DNA of 64,000 bases from the human T2T-CHM13v2.0 reference genome, Homo sapiens. The stretch is from the NCBI RefSeq assembly GCF_009914755.1, contig NC_060927.1; one strand, written 5' to 3'. A program made the position numbers and the translations under genes. The notes beneath the pieces were generated by a model. That model had not been told where the DNA came from and did not search any database. It saw only the letters and a list, made by a program, of their open reading frames with translations. How positions within the stretch are numbered: the stretch's first letter is position 1; the number at the start of each line of letters is the position of its first letter. Shown here in pieces: positions 1-17,834 of the stretch.

Positions 1-13
1 TTACATACAATTG

Positions 14-1220
<1,207 letters not shown>

Positions 1221-2594
1221 CCTAAAACATAATTTTATGTTTGTTTTCTGAATGAAGATATTTGAATTCTGTTCACTTGAAATTAAAGTTCATTTTATAA
1301 TAGTGTACAATTTTAAGTATAAAAAGTGAAAATTTCTGTAAATTAAAAGTAAAAAATTTTTGTAAAATTTTTGTAAATACCTTTCATGGTATACTAAAAG
1401 GGCAGATCATAATTCCATCATATCGCATGGTTTAGAAATGAACATTCTGTACAAGAGTCACTAAACACCTAGTATATGCTTTTGTTTATTCAAAGCATTA
1501 TAAAGAATTTATTAGTCTACGAGGTCAGGTATTCATTGAATGTGCAGGAACATAAACGCAAGCTGGAAAAAGAACTCTAAATTCCCCTCAATTGGTAATC
1601 TTTTTATATAAGGCAGACATTCAGCAAAAGGAAATAATTAAGAATACAGGAGGCTCTTAATGCTTCCCTTGTTCATCTTCCCACAGGTCTCTTTTACCTG
1701 CAAGGGGATCAGAGTGTTTAGTCTGGGAATACTGCCAGCAGTTTAGGAAAGCCAGCAGCCAACTGGCATGAGTCAGCACTGTGCTGTTACTAAATACTGT
1801 TGATGGACAAACTATTGTCACCTGAGTGAATTTTTCTCTTGTTACGTCTCACTGTTCAGATTCCTTCTATTTTAGCCTGTGAAGTCCTAGGTGATGTTGG
1901 GTAGCAGTGGTGGGTAGGGGTAGGGGTAAATGGTGATGAAGCATGAAGACTCTTAGAGATCAACATGGAAATCTACGGTATGTAGACTTCATTGAATTTA
2001 TGAACTAATATTTCTGGGATGCCTAGCTTTGTTACTGATAATATAGTAGATAAAGGCATAGTTTATCATTCACTAAATTGATGCATCTCCATCAATTCTT
2101 ATTAAGTACTTATTCTTAATAAGTACTATAAGCAATCACAATACTATCTTTGTTCACAAAGTTAAGAATGGCTCCCCGTATGTTTTTCTTTAAAAAATTT
2201 TTCCTAACTACTAAATTACCAGGGATCCCTTTTGTTTTTCAACAAAGCTCTGGGCATGAGGGTAAAACTGTGTGCATCACTATCTCATAAAAATACACCT
2301 TGGACTCTATCTTCCAGGCCTCAAAAGCAAAAAACAACCATGTCAACAATGGGAGAATGAAAAGAGCTAATTTCCTAGAGATACAAATCTTAATTCTTAA
2401 AATAAACATTTCATCTATAAGACATAAACGAAGTTCCTAATAATCTAGAAGACAAATACTCATTGAAAGACTCACAGAACTAACACCAAGATGTAATGGG
2501 GCTAAGCAGGGAGGAGAGGAAGGGAGGGGTATTAGACTTAAGGACTACTTAAGCCAAGAACAAGAACAGAAAGAAGTCTAAGCTACATGAAAGC

Positions 2595-2685
2595 AGAGTT
2601 TGTTTTGCCCACTGGTGTATTACATGCATCTAGAATATGCTCATTAAGTAGCCTCTCAATAAATATGTGTTGAATAAATGAGTAA
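2595..2685 (+). mobile_element. L2 3' end remnant
   Basis: ctcaataaatatgtgttgaataaatg terminal motif. Confidence 0.6.
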
Positions 2686-3164
2686 CTCCAAGAGTTTTTG
2701 ACTGCAAGATGTCCCTCCATCCTTCTCTTTATTTCTACTCAATTGCTGAAGAACCATATTATTAAGGACCATTTCTTAAAAGTGTCACACATGGGCCTCA
2801 CCAAACTGGCCCCAACTCTATCCCTGTCTCTTAAACATATCATATTCATTTCCTAACTCCATTTCTTTGCTCATAACATTCATCTTATTTGAAATATCCT
2901 CTGGCCTATTCATTTGAACCCTACCTATCATCCCATGCCTTTTAAGGAGAACTGTGGCCCACAGAGTTCCTTACATCACCATCTTTACTAAATATAAGGT
3001 TGTGGCATGTTGTCTCATGTGTGGAATTATTTTTCCCTTAAGCGTAAGTCCTGGCCCATCCATCAGACTTCAAGCTTTTAGAGCACAGAGCTCAAGGCTT
3101 ATCATCTATGGCCGTGCTCCATGACTTGTCCTGGTAACTGGCTCAGGAGTAGCCCTCTGCAGTG

Positions 3165-3355
3165 GAGAGCAAGACAAGTCACATCATTTACTAGTTGTAA
3201 GACTATGGGTAACTTTTCTCTGCCTATGCCTCTAATTCTTTCACATGCAAACTGAAAAGATTATCACTTATCTAGAATGGCTATCATAAGGGTTAGAGAT
3301 TGCCTTCATAAAGTGCTTAGCATGGTGCTTTACGAAGAGCTGGTGCTTAACACAA
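3165..3355 (+). mobile_element. MIR remnant
   Basis: degenerate core, ending taaagtgcttagcatggtgct...gtgcttaa. Confidence 0.55.
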
Positions 3356-4224
3356 GCAGCAAATGTTACTATGTTTTTTTTCTTTTATTTGCAAAGACAC
3401 TGAAAGCAAACATTACTACTTGCTTTTCTTTAAAGGTTCAGAGCAAATTCTGATTTCATAGATTCCCCAGCTGGCATTACACTGCCTGAAGGTCTAGTTC
3501 TAAACATGATAGGCTGTAAGCTCCAGGAAGGTAAGGTTTGTATCTTTTTTTTTTTTATATTTTTCCAACTGTCTCTAAGTGCACATATAAAATACACTGT
3601 AATTGCTGAATTTAATAGTCAAGTCTGCTATTGACATGTAGCAACGATATATCACAGATAAAAATTAGAAGGAAATTTAAGTTTAAAGTAAATCTAAATT
3701 TGATTGCTTCTTTTAGAACATTTAATGTCTTCAGCAAGCTCTTAAGGTGAGAAACCTGAGATTAAAAAAAAAAAAGAAACCCTCTGAGGTACTTAAAATG
3801 GTGATCAAATTTCTATCAGTCTAACCTCAGGACAACACCTTAGAGCTATTTTATTTAAAGCATTCGTGCACTGAAGCCAAACCTTAAAAGAAAAACGCTG
3901 TTACTATTTCCAATTAGAAACATTTATCTTTTTAAAAAACACATTCTATGAAAGGCTGTATTTTAAGTTTATGCTTTTCAAGAGATTTTCAATTTTGTCT
4001 TCCTCCTCACTGGCCTTAAACTAGATGACTTAGTGGTGTGCCTTCTCTCCCCCACAGAATATACTCACTCTTAAGAAGTTCTGGCTGATTAGAATTCAGA
4101 ATAGCATGCTACCAACTACAAATCATGTATGTAAGTGGAAATAGTACATCAAAGCAATATTCTTTCATCTGTTTTGTATTAAATAGCACATATCCTCAAA
4201 ATAAAAATGGCTTTGAAAACATAC

Positions 4225-4867
4225 CGATTCATCCTTCTTGCTCGTTCCAATACTTCAAACATATGCTCTTGAAATAAATCAAGCCGACGGTAGCGATTAT
4301 TTTCAACATTCTTCCTAATTATGTCAAATGTAAGGGGTGGTTTGTTAGGAAAGTTGGGATCCACAGCAGGAATTTCTGCTAAAGAATCGCTGTAGCATCT
4401 TCCCTCATCATCCTGATGACTCATGACTGACACAAAAAGATTGTGGATAAGCTCTTGAATCAGCAAAGTCACATTTGGGACATGAGAGTCCTCATCTCCC
4501 TCCAGGTCTCTGCGTGTTTCAAGCAGGACTTTGTGTAGAACAAGAGCATCTTTGTAGATCAAAGACTCCGGCTCATTGTATGTACAGGCATTATTAAACA
4601 TCATGACAAAGTCCTCAACCATAGAGTCAATATCTTGGTACTTGTTGGCCATCATGTGACTTCGAATTTTTTCCATGTCCATGGGCTTTTTAATAGTCAG
4701 ATAGTAGTCAGGCAACTCAGATCTAGAGGGAAGCCTCAGAAATATGGCACTGAGGCGGCGACCCCTCTTATCAGTATAGTTCTTTACAGCTTCATAGACC
4801 TCATTTAGTTTCTGCTGCATTGGAGTCATGTATTTTGATTTTTTAGGAGAAATGCCACTCTTCCTAC
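4225..4867 (-). CDS. PBRM1: PBRM1 exon ~17 (643 nt), BD5 and most of BD6: RKSGISPKKSKYMTPMQQKLNEV...LERARRMN(R)
   Basis: Contains most of ORF 4179..4829; acceptor ctctctttag|GTA, donor TCG|gtatgt. Confidence 0.97.
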
Positions 4868-5552
4868 CTAAAGAGAGATATTTAATGTTAAATGAATAAA
4901 ATAAATGAACCTAAATTTGTATACAGATGGTAGCATAACCACAAGGGACGATTCCAAGTAATTTGTAAAATCTAGCAATTAGCATGTCTATAGTGAAATA
5001 TAACCTGCAGACAAAAAAGTACTAAAAATTTTTTTTAACTGTTTTCAGTAATTATATTTTTGATGGGAGACTACTGTAAGGTTGAGAAAGCTGTGAATAA
5101 GAAGGAATAAAGCAAATGAGTAGCTATGTGACATTCTATCACCTCTGGTATCCTGGAGAACTGAGATTTTCATCATGGGATAAAAAGAGATAACGGATGT
5201 TAAAACGTAGGACATTAATAATTACCTTGAGGCCTTTAATCTCAATTGAAAGTATCACTATGAACTTATGATGTAATTTATCTTTAAATATAAACATACA
5301 AACAAACACACAAATTTCCTAGCTCTGTCCACTGAAAATCGTACAAACAATGACTACCTCAGTAGCAGTATAGCCCACATTAGAGTTTTAAAATACTAAT
5401 TCCAAATAGTAATGTTGAGGAGCCCTCACCTTTCAGCAGAAACATGAAAAAGGTAGGGCTCCTTGGTAAATGGCTGATTCCCAGTCTGGTATATCTTCAA
5501 ACACTAGACAGTAAAGAATCTATCAATGACTTCTTACCATGACTTCATGTCA

Positions 5553-5930
<378 letters not shown>

Positions 5931-6432
5931 TCAGCCATATGTTTAAGTCTGGTAGTTCTTAATAATACGTACAAACAAACAACAAAATGGGTAAATATTG
6001 AAGGATGTTAGTAAACCAATACATATTTTGAAAACTGGTAAAGGTGAAAACAAAATAAAACAAAAATCAAGCCTTTATCCTTTCAAAAAGCAAGACACAC
6101 ACAAAAAAAACACTGTACCACTGGCTAATCAAATATTAGATAAGGCAAAGTTTCTCTATAGCTAATAAGGAATAAAATTAAAAACTATCACAATTTTACA
6201 TCCCTTTCATGAATTAATAATTAATGAAGTATGCAACAACACCTGTTAACAGAAAGCCATAAATAGATTTCACATGTACCTGATGGAAGACCATATATTA
6301 CCTATGAAGTCGGTTTTTCTGCCTAAGGGAGAGAACAGGGGATCAGACCTCAATCTGATCAAGCCTCTGGCTCCAACTACCAATTTATAGGAAATACAAA
6401 GGACAGAGGAACACATGAAAGTACAACATAGT

Positions 6433-7865
<1,433 letters not shown>

Positions 7866-8249
7866 TTAATGAGAGTCTGATTTGAGGAAATCAACTATAA
7901 AAATACATTTGTGAGACAATCAGAAGAACTTGATAATTTATCAAGTATTAGATGAAACCAAGAAATTACTGCTAATTTTGTTAGGTATGATAATTACTTC
8001 ATTGTTATTTATGAAAATGTCTGCATATTTTATTTTATTTTTATTTGTTTTATCCTCAAAGACAAAGTGGCAGATATCTGCACATATTACAGATGCATAC
8101 TGAACTATGTGGAAGTGAAATGACATGATTGGATTTGTTTTAAAATAATTTAGGAAAAGAAGAAGAAAAAGGGGATAGGAAATAAGTTTGCCACGATTTT
8201 GACAAATGATGGGTAACAAGTATATACAGGGGTTCACTGGACTATTCTG

Positions 8250-8554
8250 TTTTTTTTTTTTTTGGAGGCAGGGTCTAGCTCTGTTGCCCATGCTGGAGTG
8301 CAGTGGGCATGATCAGGGTTCACTGCAGCCTTGACCTCGTGGGCTCAAGCAATCCTTCCACCTCAGCCTCCCAAATAGCTAGGACCACAGGTACATGCAT
8401 GTGCCACCACGCCTGGCTAATTTTTTATATTTTTTTGTAGAGACAAGGTCTCCCTATGTTGCCCAGGCTGGTCTCAAACTCCTGGGCTGAAGTGATCCTC
8501 CTGCCTTGGCCTCCGAACGCACTGGAATTACAGGAGCGAGTCACCACCCCTGGC
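8250..8554 (-). mobile_element. AluJ-like
   Basis: antisense Alu consensus. Confidence 0.9.
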
Positions 8555-8619
8555 CACTGTACTTTCCATTTATATATTTTTGATATTTTTCATTAAAAAA
8601 CACAGAGAAATAAAAAGGA

Positions 8620-9317
8620 GGCCAGGCACCATGGCTCATGCCTGTAATCCCAACACTTTAGAAGGCAGAGGCAGGAGGGTCGCTTGAGCCCAGGAGTTCA
8701 AGACCAGCCTGGCCAATACAGGGAGACCCTGCCTCTATTAATTTAAAACAAACAAACAAACAAAAGAAATAAAAAGGAAATTAACATCCCACATAAAAAG
8801 CCCCTTTTTCCTGAACTTTAAAAGTTACTGTGTTCCTACAAAGTGGAATGAAAGTTTTACATTTCTGCAAACCTTCTGTATGCTTTTACAATTCCATGAA
8901 AAGACAAATGCCTTAAAAAGGATTCATCGCTTAGCAGTAAATCATACCCAAATCTACTATCAAATTTAGTTGATAGTAATTTCAGATAAGAAAGCTAGTC
9001 TGGGCCAGGCGGGGTGGCTCACACCCGTAATCCCAGCACTTTGGGAGGCCAAGGCAGGCAAATCACTTGAGGTCAGGAGTTTTGACAGCAGCCTGGCCAA
9101 CATGGTGAAACCCCATCTCTACTAAAAATACAAAAAACTGGCTGGGCCTGGTGGCGTACATCTGTAGTCCCATCTATGTGGGAGGCTGAGTGGAAGGATC
9201 ACTTGAACCTGGGAGGCAGAGGTTGCAGTGAGCCAAGATCACACCACTGCACTCCAACCGGGGTGACAGGGCGAGATGCTTCATCAAAAAAAAAAAAAAA
9301 AAAAAAAAAAGCAAAAA
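8620..9317 (+). mobile_element. FLAM-like monomer (~8620-8770) and full Alu (~9003-9317)
   Basis: Alu consensus; TSD aaagctagtctg around the second element. Confidence 0.88.
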
Positions 9318-9483
9318 AGCTAGTCTGTCTGTTTTCCCCCTTTTCAGCAAACATGGCTCCAATGAGTATCATTATCAATTGCTTGGTATCTATTTTATTT
9401 ACATCATTTTAAAGAAGACAGAAATCTCTTATCTAATGGTATTAATAACTTTTCCTGTCTTCTCTTCCAACCTTTTTCTTCCC

Positions 9484-9782
9484 TTTTTTTTTTTTTTTCC
9501 GAGGCAGAGTCTCACTCTGTCGCCCAGGCTGAAGTACAGTGGTGTGATCTTGGCTCACTGCAACCTCCGCCTCCCAGGTTCAAGCAATTCTCCTGACTTA
9601 GTCTCCCAAGGAGCTGGGATTACAGGCATGTACCCCCATGTCCGGCTAATTTTTGTATTTTTAGTAAAGATGGGGATTCACCATGTTGGCCGGGCTGGTC
9701 CTGAACTCCTGACCTCAAGTGATCTGCCCACCTCAGCCTCTCAAAGTGTTGGGATTACAGGCATGAGTCACTGTTCCTGGCC
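9484..9782 (-). mobile_element. AluS-like
   Basis: antisense Alu consensus. Confidence 0.92.
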
Positions 9783-10262
9783 TTCACTTACAACTTTTAA
9801 TAAAACAACCAACCACAGACTACACTCAAATGATAGCTGAGTATAGTACAGTGGCTGGACATCTCTAACTCCTCAAATTCTGTCCAGTTGGAACTGCTGG
9901 GATTCATTTTTAATTCTAGTAATTGTCAGACATACATACCAAGGAAAAAAAAATCTGCTACTATATTCTTACAGCATTATACGTACAGAAAAATCTATTC
10001 TTACTATTTAAAATTTACAAAATGTCTACGCATTTAAGAAAGTAAACAAAACCTCTGACATTATATTTTACTCCCCATATGCTTGTCACAGTTTAGCTAC
10101 TTAAAATACAGTAAATGAGAGGGCTTGACAAGAACAAAGAACTCCATGCTGGAGTACAGTGAGTTCAAATATATTCATAATTTAATTAAATATTATTTCA
10201 GAAAAATCAGCAATCTCTTCTTGATAGACTAAACTAAATAATGAAGTGTGAGGCTGCCTTAC

Positions 10263-10368
10263 TCAGCTTGAGTTTGGGAGAAGCCATGTCATCATCATCA
10301 GGCAGTGGGCCCAGCTCTTTCCTTTTCTCCTTGAGTAACTTCTCCAGGATATGTGCATCATTATAAAC
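10263..10368 (-). CDS. PBRM1: PBRM1 exon ~16 (106 nt): VYNDAHILEKLLKEKRKELGPLPDDDDMASPKLKL(S)
   Basis: acceptor atgtag|GTT, donor TGA|gtaagg. Confidence 0.95.
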
Positions 10369-10554
10369 CTACATTCCAAAAATATACTTCAATTATTTTC
10401 TAAAAACTTTTCATTAAGGTATAAAATGCATCCATAAAGAAGTTTTAAAAAGACAGTTTATGATAGTTGGGAGCTTAAAGAAAACCAAAACCAGCCTCAC
10501 TACAGAGCAATAAAATCACTCTATCTGTGGGAGAGCCTAGGCCTTAACTGGTTT

Positions 10555-10618
10555 GTTTTTAAGCTTCCCAGGTGATTCTAATGCACAGACATGCATGTTA
10601 ATGTTTGAGAACCACTGT
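10555..10618. mobile_element. MER5-like (hAT-Charlie) end fragment
   Basis: ccaggtgattctaatgca...tttgagaaccactg. Confidence 0.65.
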
Positions 10619-11323
10619 AGTAGAATCACTGCAGGTTTTAACAAAAGTCCTGAAACACATTTACATGTGTTGTTTTCTTCAAAAACCTTTCTTCTCCACT
10701 GGACGCTCAAGGTAGCAGACTTAGCCCAATAGAAATTAGAAACTAAAAATATCTGATAGTTGGAGAGCAATATCTCAATATCTTAAATTCCAAATCTGAG
10801 TTCACAGTCTGAAGCTTAATCTATAAAAAAACAATTATCCTTGCTTAGGGATCTCTCTCTGAGGACTGAGCCAAGGGTGGTAATATGTAGTCAAGAATAA
10901 GGTTACTCACCTTATGCTTTGCATCCACAGCCCCTCCTCTTACCTCCTCAGCAGATGCTATGTCCTCCCTTGGCCACCCACCAAAGCAGAGGAGCTGAGG
11001 GAATAAGTGACCTCCCTTGTCTGGCCACCTCTCTTAAAGGTGGCTTTTTCCTCTACCAGTGATAGACAAGGGGTACATTAGCCAATGACACTGAGGACTG
11101 TGTAAACCCTTAAGATAGAACCATTTTTTTATCTATAAGCATCCTCAATGCATACTTTATTTTATAATCAAATGTAATTGCAGAGGGAAACAAATGACTT
11201 AAAAATGTTATTTTATTTCTGGGAGATGTAAAGTGGATAAAAAGATATCAAATAGAAAAAGTTTCAAAGAAGGGAGACTGTATCTCAGTTACAACGATAA
11301 AGAACTAAAAATCAAGAAGCTTT

Positions 11324-11651
<328 letters not shown>

Positions 11652-11779
11652 TTAGAGGTACATTTATGGGACTATCATGCTGATTTTTATATAATTATAC
11701 ATTTTCTATATAGGCTGTCTTTGGAGAAGTATGGTCGTTGAGGATCGTAGTAATGATGATGATGAAAGATTTTAATACT

Positions 11780-11985
11780 ATTGGCTTTCCTTTGAGTGCT
11801 TATTCAGTACCAGGCACTCTGCTAAATGCTCAGTATACATTATCTCTTTTAAATCCTACAACAACCCTGATGCAAGTACTATTATTAGCCCTAATTTATA
11901 GATGAAGAAATTGAGGCTCAGGAAGGATAAATTACTTACACAGGGACTGGCAGAGCAAAATTCAAATCTAGGATGTCAGATTACA
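11780..11985 (-). mobile_element. MIR
   Basis: core tttatagatgaagaaattgaggctcag. Confidence 0.75.
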
Positions 11986-12173
11986 AAGTAGGAACGTTTA
12001 TCTTTATAATGTACTGCCTCTGATTGTAAACAATGAAGAAAAATCAATTAACCTAGTCACCAAAAAGAATAATCTAAGTTAAGCCTCTAGAGCTGGTCTC
12101 TCAAAATGCATTATTCTATAAGTACCCCTCTCCCGCAAAATGTGCCTACTTCAGGACCGCTGGCCCTCCTTAC

Positions 12174-12450
12174 CTGGGAGCCCTCCTCATTATAGTGCCT
12201 GGCATTCCGGAACATCAGCTTCATGTCTTCTATCATTCCCTCTTCACCAGCATATTTGTCATTGCGGATGTTATGCTCAATTATTTTCAAGTCCATTGGC
12301 TCCAAGATGATTTTATAATAATCAGGATAGTCCTTTTTGGATGGTTTAACCATAAATAGGTCACAAAGTCTTCTGCCTGAACCTGGCTCTCGAGCTTCAA
12401 GAACAACATTGAATAAGATTTTCATTCGCTGCTTTCTTATGTTCTTTTTA
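12174..12450 (-). CDS. PBRM1: PBRM1 exon ~15 (277 nt), BD4: KKNIRKQRMKILFNVVLEAREPGSGRRLCDLFMVKPSKKDYPDYY...NARHYNEEGSQ
   Basis: Overlaps ORF 12111..12425; acceptor ctcaacag|TAA, donor CAG|gtaagg. Confidence 0.97.
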
Positions 12451-13503
12451 CTGTTGAGGGGGAGGTAGAAAAGGGGAAAAATTAGAATAGGTTCAGTTTT
12501 CTTAATATACGGATGACCACAAAATAAAACAAATTATTTATGGTGCTTTATAATGATTACAATTTATTGATTACATATGCCACAAACACAGTAACCATGC
12601 TGGAAGTTATAAGCAAATATTAGGAAAATTTCCAAAATAGTTAAAACACAGTAATTCTGGCAGGAGCAGTTAATGAACACCAAAAAAACTTTTTAGATAT
12701 GTCATGAAATGCAATGTTTGAAATAAGATCCTCTCTGATACCAAAAGAAAATGAAATTATATAGTCAACTGAGATATATTTTTTGTTTAAAGATGAGTAC
12801 AGCCAAAGTGCAATAAAACTAGCAATTCTCTACGGTTATAATATCCTCACTTCCAAGTACAAAAACAAAACAAAATAAAAAACCTAAAAAGAGAAGTGTT
12901 TCATCTCTTAAGACAAGTACTCCTGAACACTTGTGTATTTTGGTTGTCTGAAAACAAAAGGAGACTGCCAGACTAGTGTCTTTACAGTGGGTATGAGCCT
13001 CTCTTGCATTGATTCTGTCAGGGTCGTCCTTGCTTTCTCCATCAGCATTATTCCACAGTTCCAACCTACTTTAAAGAATAAGCGGTGTGGTTAATCTGAG
13101 TTTTCTAGAGTAAAATTTCCATCCTTGAGCATGAATCCGTCTTGTTCTCCAAATTCCCCCAGTGAGATGTGATGCTGAGAAGCTGATTTAAGCAGTATGG
13201 AACAAAGCATAAGGGACTATAGATTAGATCCAGAGTTCAAAAGGGCTCCAAGAGAGCAGATGGTCTATCTCTTAATTGCTGAGAAAACTGGCTCAGAGGG
13301 GGTAAAAGACTTGCCCAAGGTAAGTTTCCTAGTAAATTATTAGAAGCAATGATCTTCCGATATGGCTTCCGGTTAACTATTCTTATGTACTCAGGGCACG
13401 GCTAAAGAAATTCTAGCCAGATAAAGAAATTCTAGTCAGACTAACCAGCAGTCTCCAAGTGAACAGTGAAGTAGGTAATAACAAGAAATGACTTATGACT
13501 TAG

Positions 13504-14109
<606 letters not shown>

Positions 14110-14149
14110 TAATTTCTATTAAAAAAATATTTACTAAGGTCCTATAGTA

Positions 14150-14483
14150 TAGTCATCCCTTGGTATTCATGGGGAATTGGTTTCAGGATCTCCCTTGTAT
14201 ACCGAAATACATAGATGCTCAAGTCCCTGATACAAAATGGTGTAGTATTTGCAAATAACATGTGCACATCCTCCTGTATACTTCAAATCATCTCTAAATT
14301 ACTTATAATACCTAATACATTAAAAATGCTATATAGTTGTTTTGTTACACTGTATTGCTTAGGACATGACAGAAAAAAAGTCTGTACATGTACAGTAAAG
14401 ATGCAATTAAAAAATTTTTTTTTCTATCCATAGTTGGTTGAATCCCTGGATGTGGAAGCCATGGATACAGAGGGCCAACTGTA
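14150..14483. mobile_element. MER2 (TcMar-Tigger MITE)
   Basis: agtcatcccttggtattcatgggg...gatgctcaagtccct...atggatacagagggccaactgta; terminal inverted repeats. Confidence 0.85.
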
Positions 14484-16039
14484 CTTAGAGGTAAATATTT
14501 TGTATCTGTTCCCTATCCTTTAGGTGGAAGAAAGTTCATTCCTCAGGCAAACTATATGTGGCTGTATAGGTCTTCTGGTCCAGTCCCCTGACTACTTGCA
14601 CTACTCCTGGGTCATGAAGAAGCCAAAGGCCAGATCTTTTCTCTCCAAGGTTCAAAATACACTTTTTTAAAACACAGAAAGAAAAATCAAGAATTAACAG
14701 TTGAGAAAATAAACATCTATCCTTAAGATTTTTAGGCTTTTCAGAAATGCCTATAACTCAAGGCAAACAAAGTGATTTAATTAGGAAAAAAACAGACAAG
14801 AGCCTGTTTCCTGCTAGAGTTGGGATCATCCTCATAACTTGTGTCTTCACTCTGACTGCTTATTTCCTGCTCATTGTGGACCTCAGACAATTCCTGCCAT
14901 TTTCTCCCCTCAGCACTTTTTTTTCTGTTAGATAAGTTTGTTAGATGATGGCAAAACGTTTGTTAGATATTTTACCTAGTGGAAACTCCTTCTCCAAGGA
15001 GACATCCTGGGGCAATGATGTGACAGGAAGAGTTCTCTCATTCTAAGTCTTCGGCAAGTGGATAATACAAGGGAAGTTAGGACAAAGCTCCAATACCACA
15101 GAGCTCCACATCTGGGCACAGATTAGAACACAGATGACTTTAACCTTCAGGAAGTCTCTAAAGAAAAATTTCAGAACCTGACTTTGAAGTCAGATGTGGT
15201 TTGATTAGATCTCGCATGTGGGGTGGACTTTAAAAGGAAGACAGAGGAATTCAATTCTGAAGCTCTAAGCTTACAGGATCTCTCCAATAAACAGGACAGG
15301 ATGAAATTAGTCCTCATTCTAGCAATTTCAAGAAGCTTAACAGTTCAGTCAAGGCCCTGACCTGGACCAGGAGGTGCTCACCCCATTCCCATCTGGGTTT
15401 CAGCACACTAAGCCCAATTATCATTAGGTTTTTCTGTATGAAGCTGCAAATACTCTCAGATGGGAGTAAATCTAGGGCAGATTTTTATAAGAGGAGAGAA
15501 AGTTTTTAATTAAATTTTGCCAGTGAAGTAAAAGAATGGCAAGCGGTCCATTCTTCCAATGCCAGTAATTCTGATACTTGGCAGCTTTGAGTGAGACATA
15601 CCCAGAATGTGGAAATCTAGTTGTATATATGAAACTGCTCTAATAACTGAAATTTACTGTTTTAGCACTCATATTACTAGTAGCATCCTTTCTCCATTTG
15701 TATCATTTATTCCTTAAGTAAAGGATGTGTAATTGATTTCCAGCCTCAAAGAAAGCAAAATTTCTATTACTAGAGTCACTTATGACCTTCTCTGAAAAAA
15801 TCCAGTTTCATCTTTCATTTACATTTTTCCAGATCCTTACAGTGCCTTAGAGACTGAGAGCCACTGGCCCATTAGTTTTAATCCGGCTGCCAGAAAAAAC
15901 TCAGAGCCAACTTCATACTCTTTTATAATAATAACTGTATTAGGTTGGGCAGCTGGTATGTTTGCTTTATCTTTTTCCAATATGGAGGCTGAGCCTTATA
16001 TCCATGACTTCTGAAAGTTTAAAATACTTTCTGAAATGA

Positions 16040-16374
<335 letters not shown>

Positions 16375-16681
16375 TCTGGCTACTGTTTTCAATGTCACTT
16401 TGCTTTTCAGATTTTTCTTAGAATTTCTCAATGTCTTTTCCTCCTCCTTCAAACCATTAACTGTGAATAGTTTCTTTATTCTTCCCCATTTTTGGAAAAG
16501 TAATTAACTACCTTTGATTAAAAGGCATACAATTAAATCACAGGTCTTGTAACTGGCATAATCATTCTCCTTTTTAAAATCAGCACCTTTAAGCATATTA
16601 AAGTATAAAATACATCTTAAAGGAATTCAAAATCAGGACTGTTCATCATTGTGCATTCAAGGGGCCATAATACTTAAGGGG

Positions 16682-17278
16682 AGCCAGGTGTGGTAACTCC
16701 TGTCTGTAATCTCAGCACTTTGGGAGGCTGAAGTGGGAGGACTGCTTGAGCCCAGGAGTTCGAGACCAGCCTGGGCAATACAGTGAGACACCACCTCTTT
16801 AAAAAAGCGTAGTCAGGCATGGTGGCACATGCCTGTGATCCTAGCTACACATGAGGCTGAGGTGGGAGGATTGTTTGAACCCAGAAGATCACGGCTGCAG
16901 TGAGCCATGATGGTGCCACTGCACTCCAGCCTGGGCAACAGAGTGAGACTGTCTCAAAAAAGACAAAAAGGCCAAGCATGGTGGCTCACACATGTAATCC
17001 CAGCACTGTGAGAGGCCGAGGCAGGCAGATCACCTAAGGTCAGGAGTTCGAGACCAGCCTGGCCAACATGGCAAATCCTGTCTCTACTAAAAATACAAAA
17101 ATTAGCTGGGTGTGGTGGCGTGCACCTGTATCCCAGCTACTTAGGAGGCTGAGGTAGGGGAATCACTTGAACCCAGGAGGCGGAGGTTGCAGTGAGCCAA
17201 GATCGTGCCACTGCACTCCAGCCTGGGAGACAGGGAGAGACTCCATCTCAAAAAAATAAAAAAAAAGAAAGACAAAAA
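16682..17278 (+). mobile_element. AluJ-like with an AluS-like inserted in its tail
   Basis: two tandem dimers; nested TSDs aatactta.g and aagacaaaaa. Confidence 0.88.
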
Positions 17279-17834
17279 AATACTTAGGAGGACAACAATT
17301 CAGATCATAGATACTGTTGTAGTAAGTACGCTACAATTTTAGAATTTCATAGGAAATGGGACATAAAGGGTCCTGTGCTATCAAAATAAGTATATTACAA
17401 CAATTTTCCAATTCATGCAAGTCAAGTGTCTTGAGAAATGGCTGCTTTTTCTAATTTGCACAAAGTTTATGCACTAGCAGAGGCTCTATTCTGAATCCCT
17501 GATGTGTGATGGCAAATGTGATTTTCCAGGATCACCATCGACACTATCCTCCGGAACCCAACCCAATCTGAAACACCTAAATCAGTCACTTTTTCTCCCC
17601 CTGGCTGATCAGCAAGTTCTAGAAGACTTCCACAGCCCTTCTACATCCTGTTTTCCTTTTAATGTTTCATGCCACAATGTAAGTCCTTGGCTCTCATACT
17701 TTGTGGCTGACCACTTTGTCAAATGCCCTTATCAATATTCTTCCTCTAAAGCTACTATTTATTTTTATATATACTAATATTTACAAATACACACACACAC
17801 AATTCTTATATACAGTTGTAAACTATAGCTACTA

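Noticed and set aside
1899-1926. G-quadruplex-like GGG runs; also the G12 run at ~33899-33910
   Set aside because: Long first loop, or a simple homopolymer in an Alu tail; no functional context
12819-13064. ORF LELWNNADGESKDDPDRINAREAHTH, in phase with exon 14 after a possible tag acceptor
   Set aside because: Poor polypyrimidine tract and no convincing phase-compatible donor; no recognisable homology
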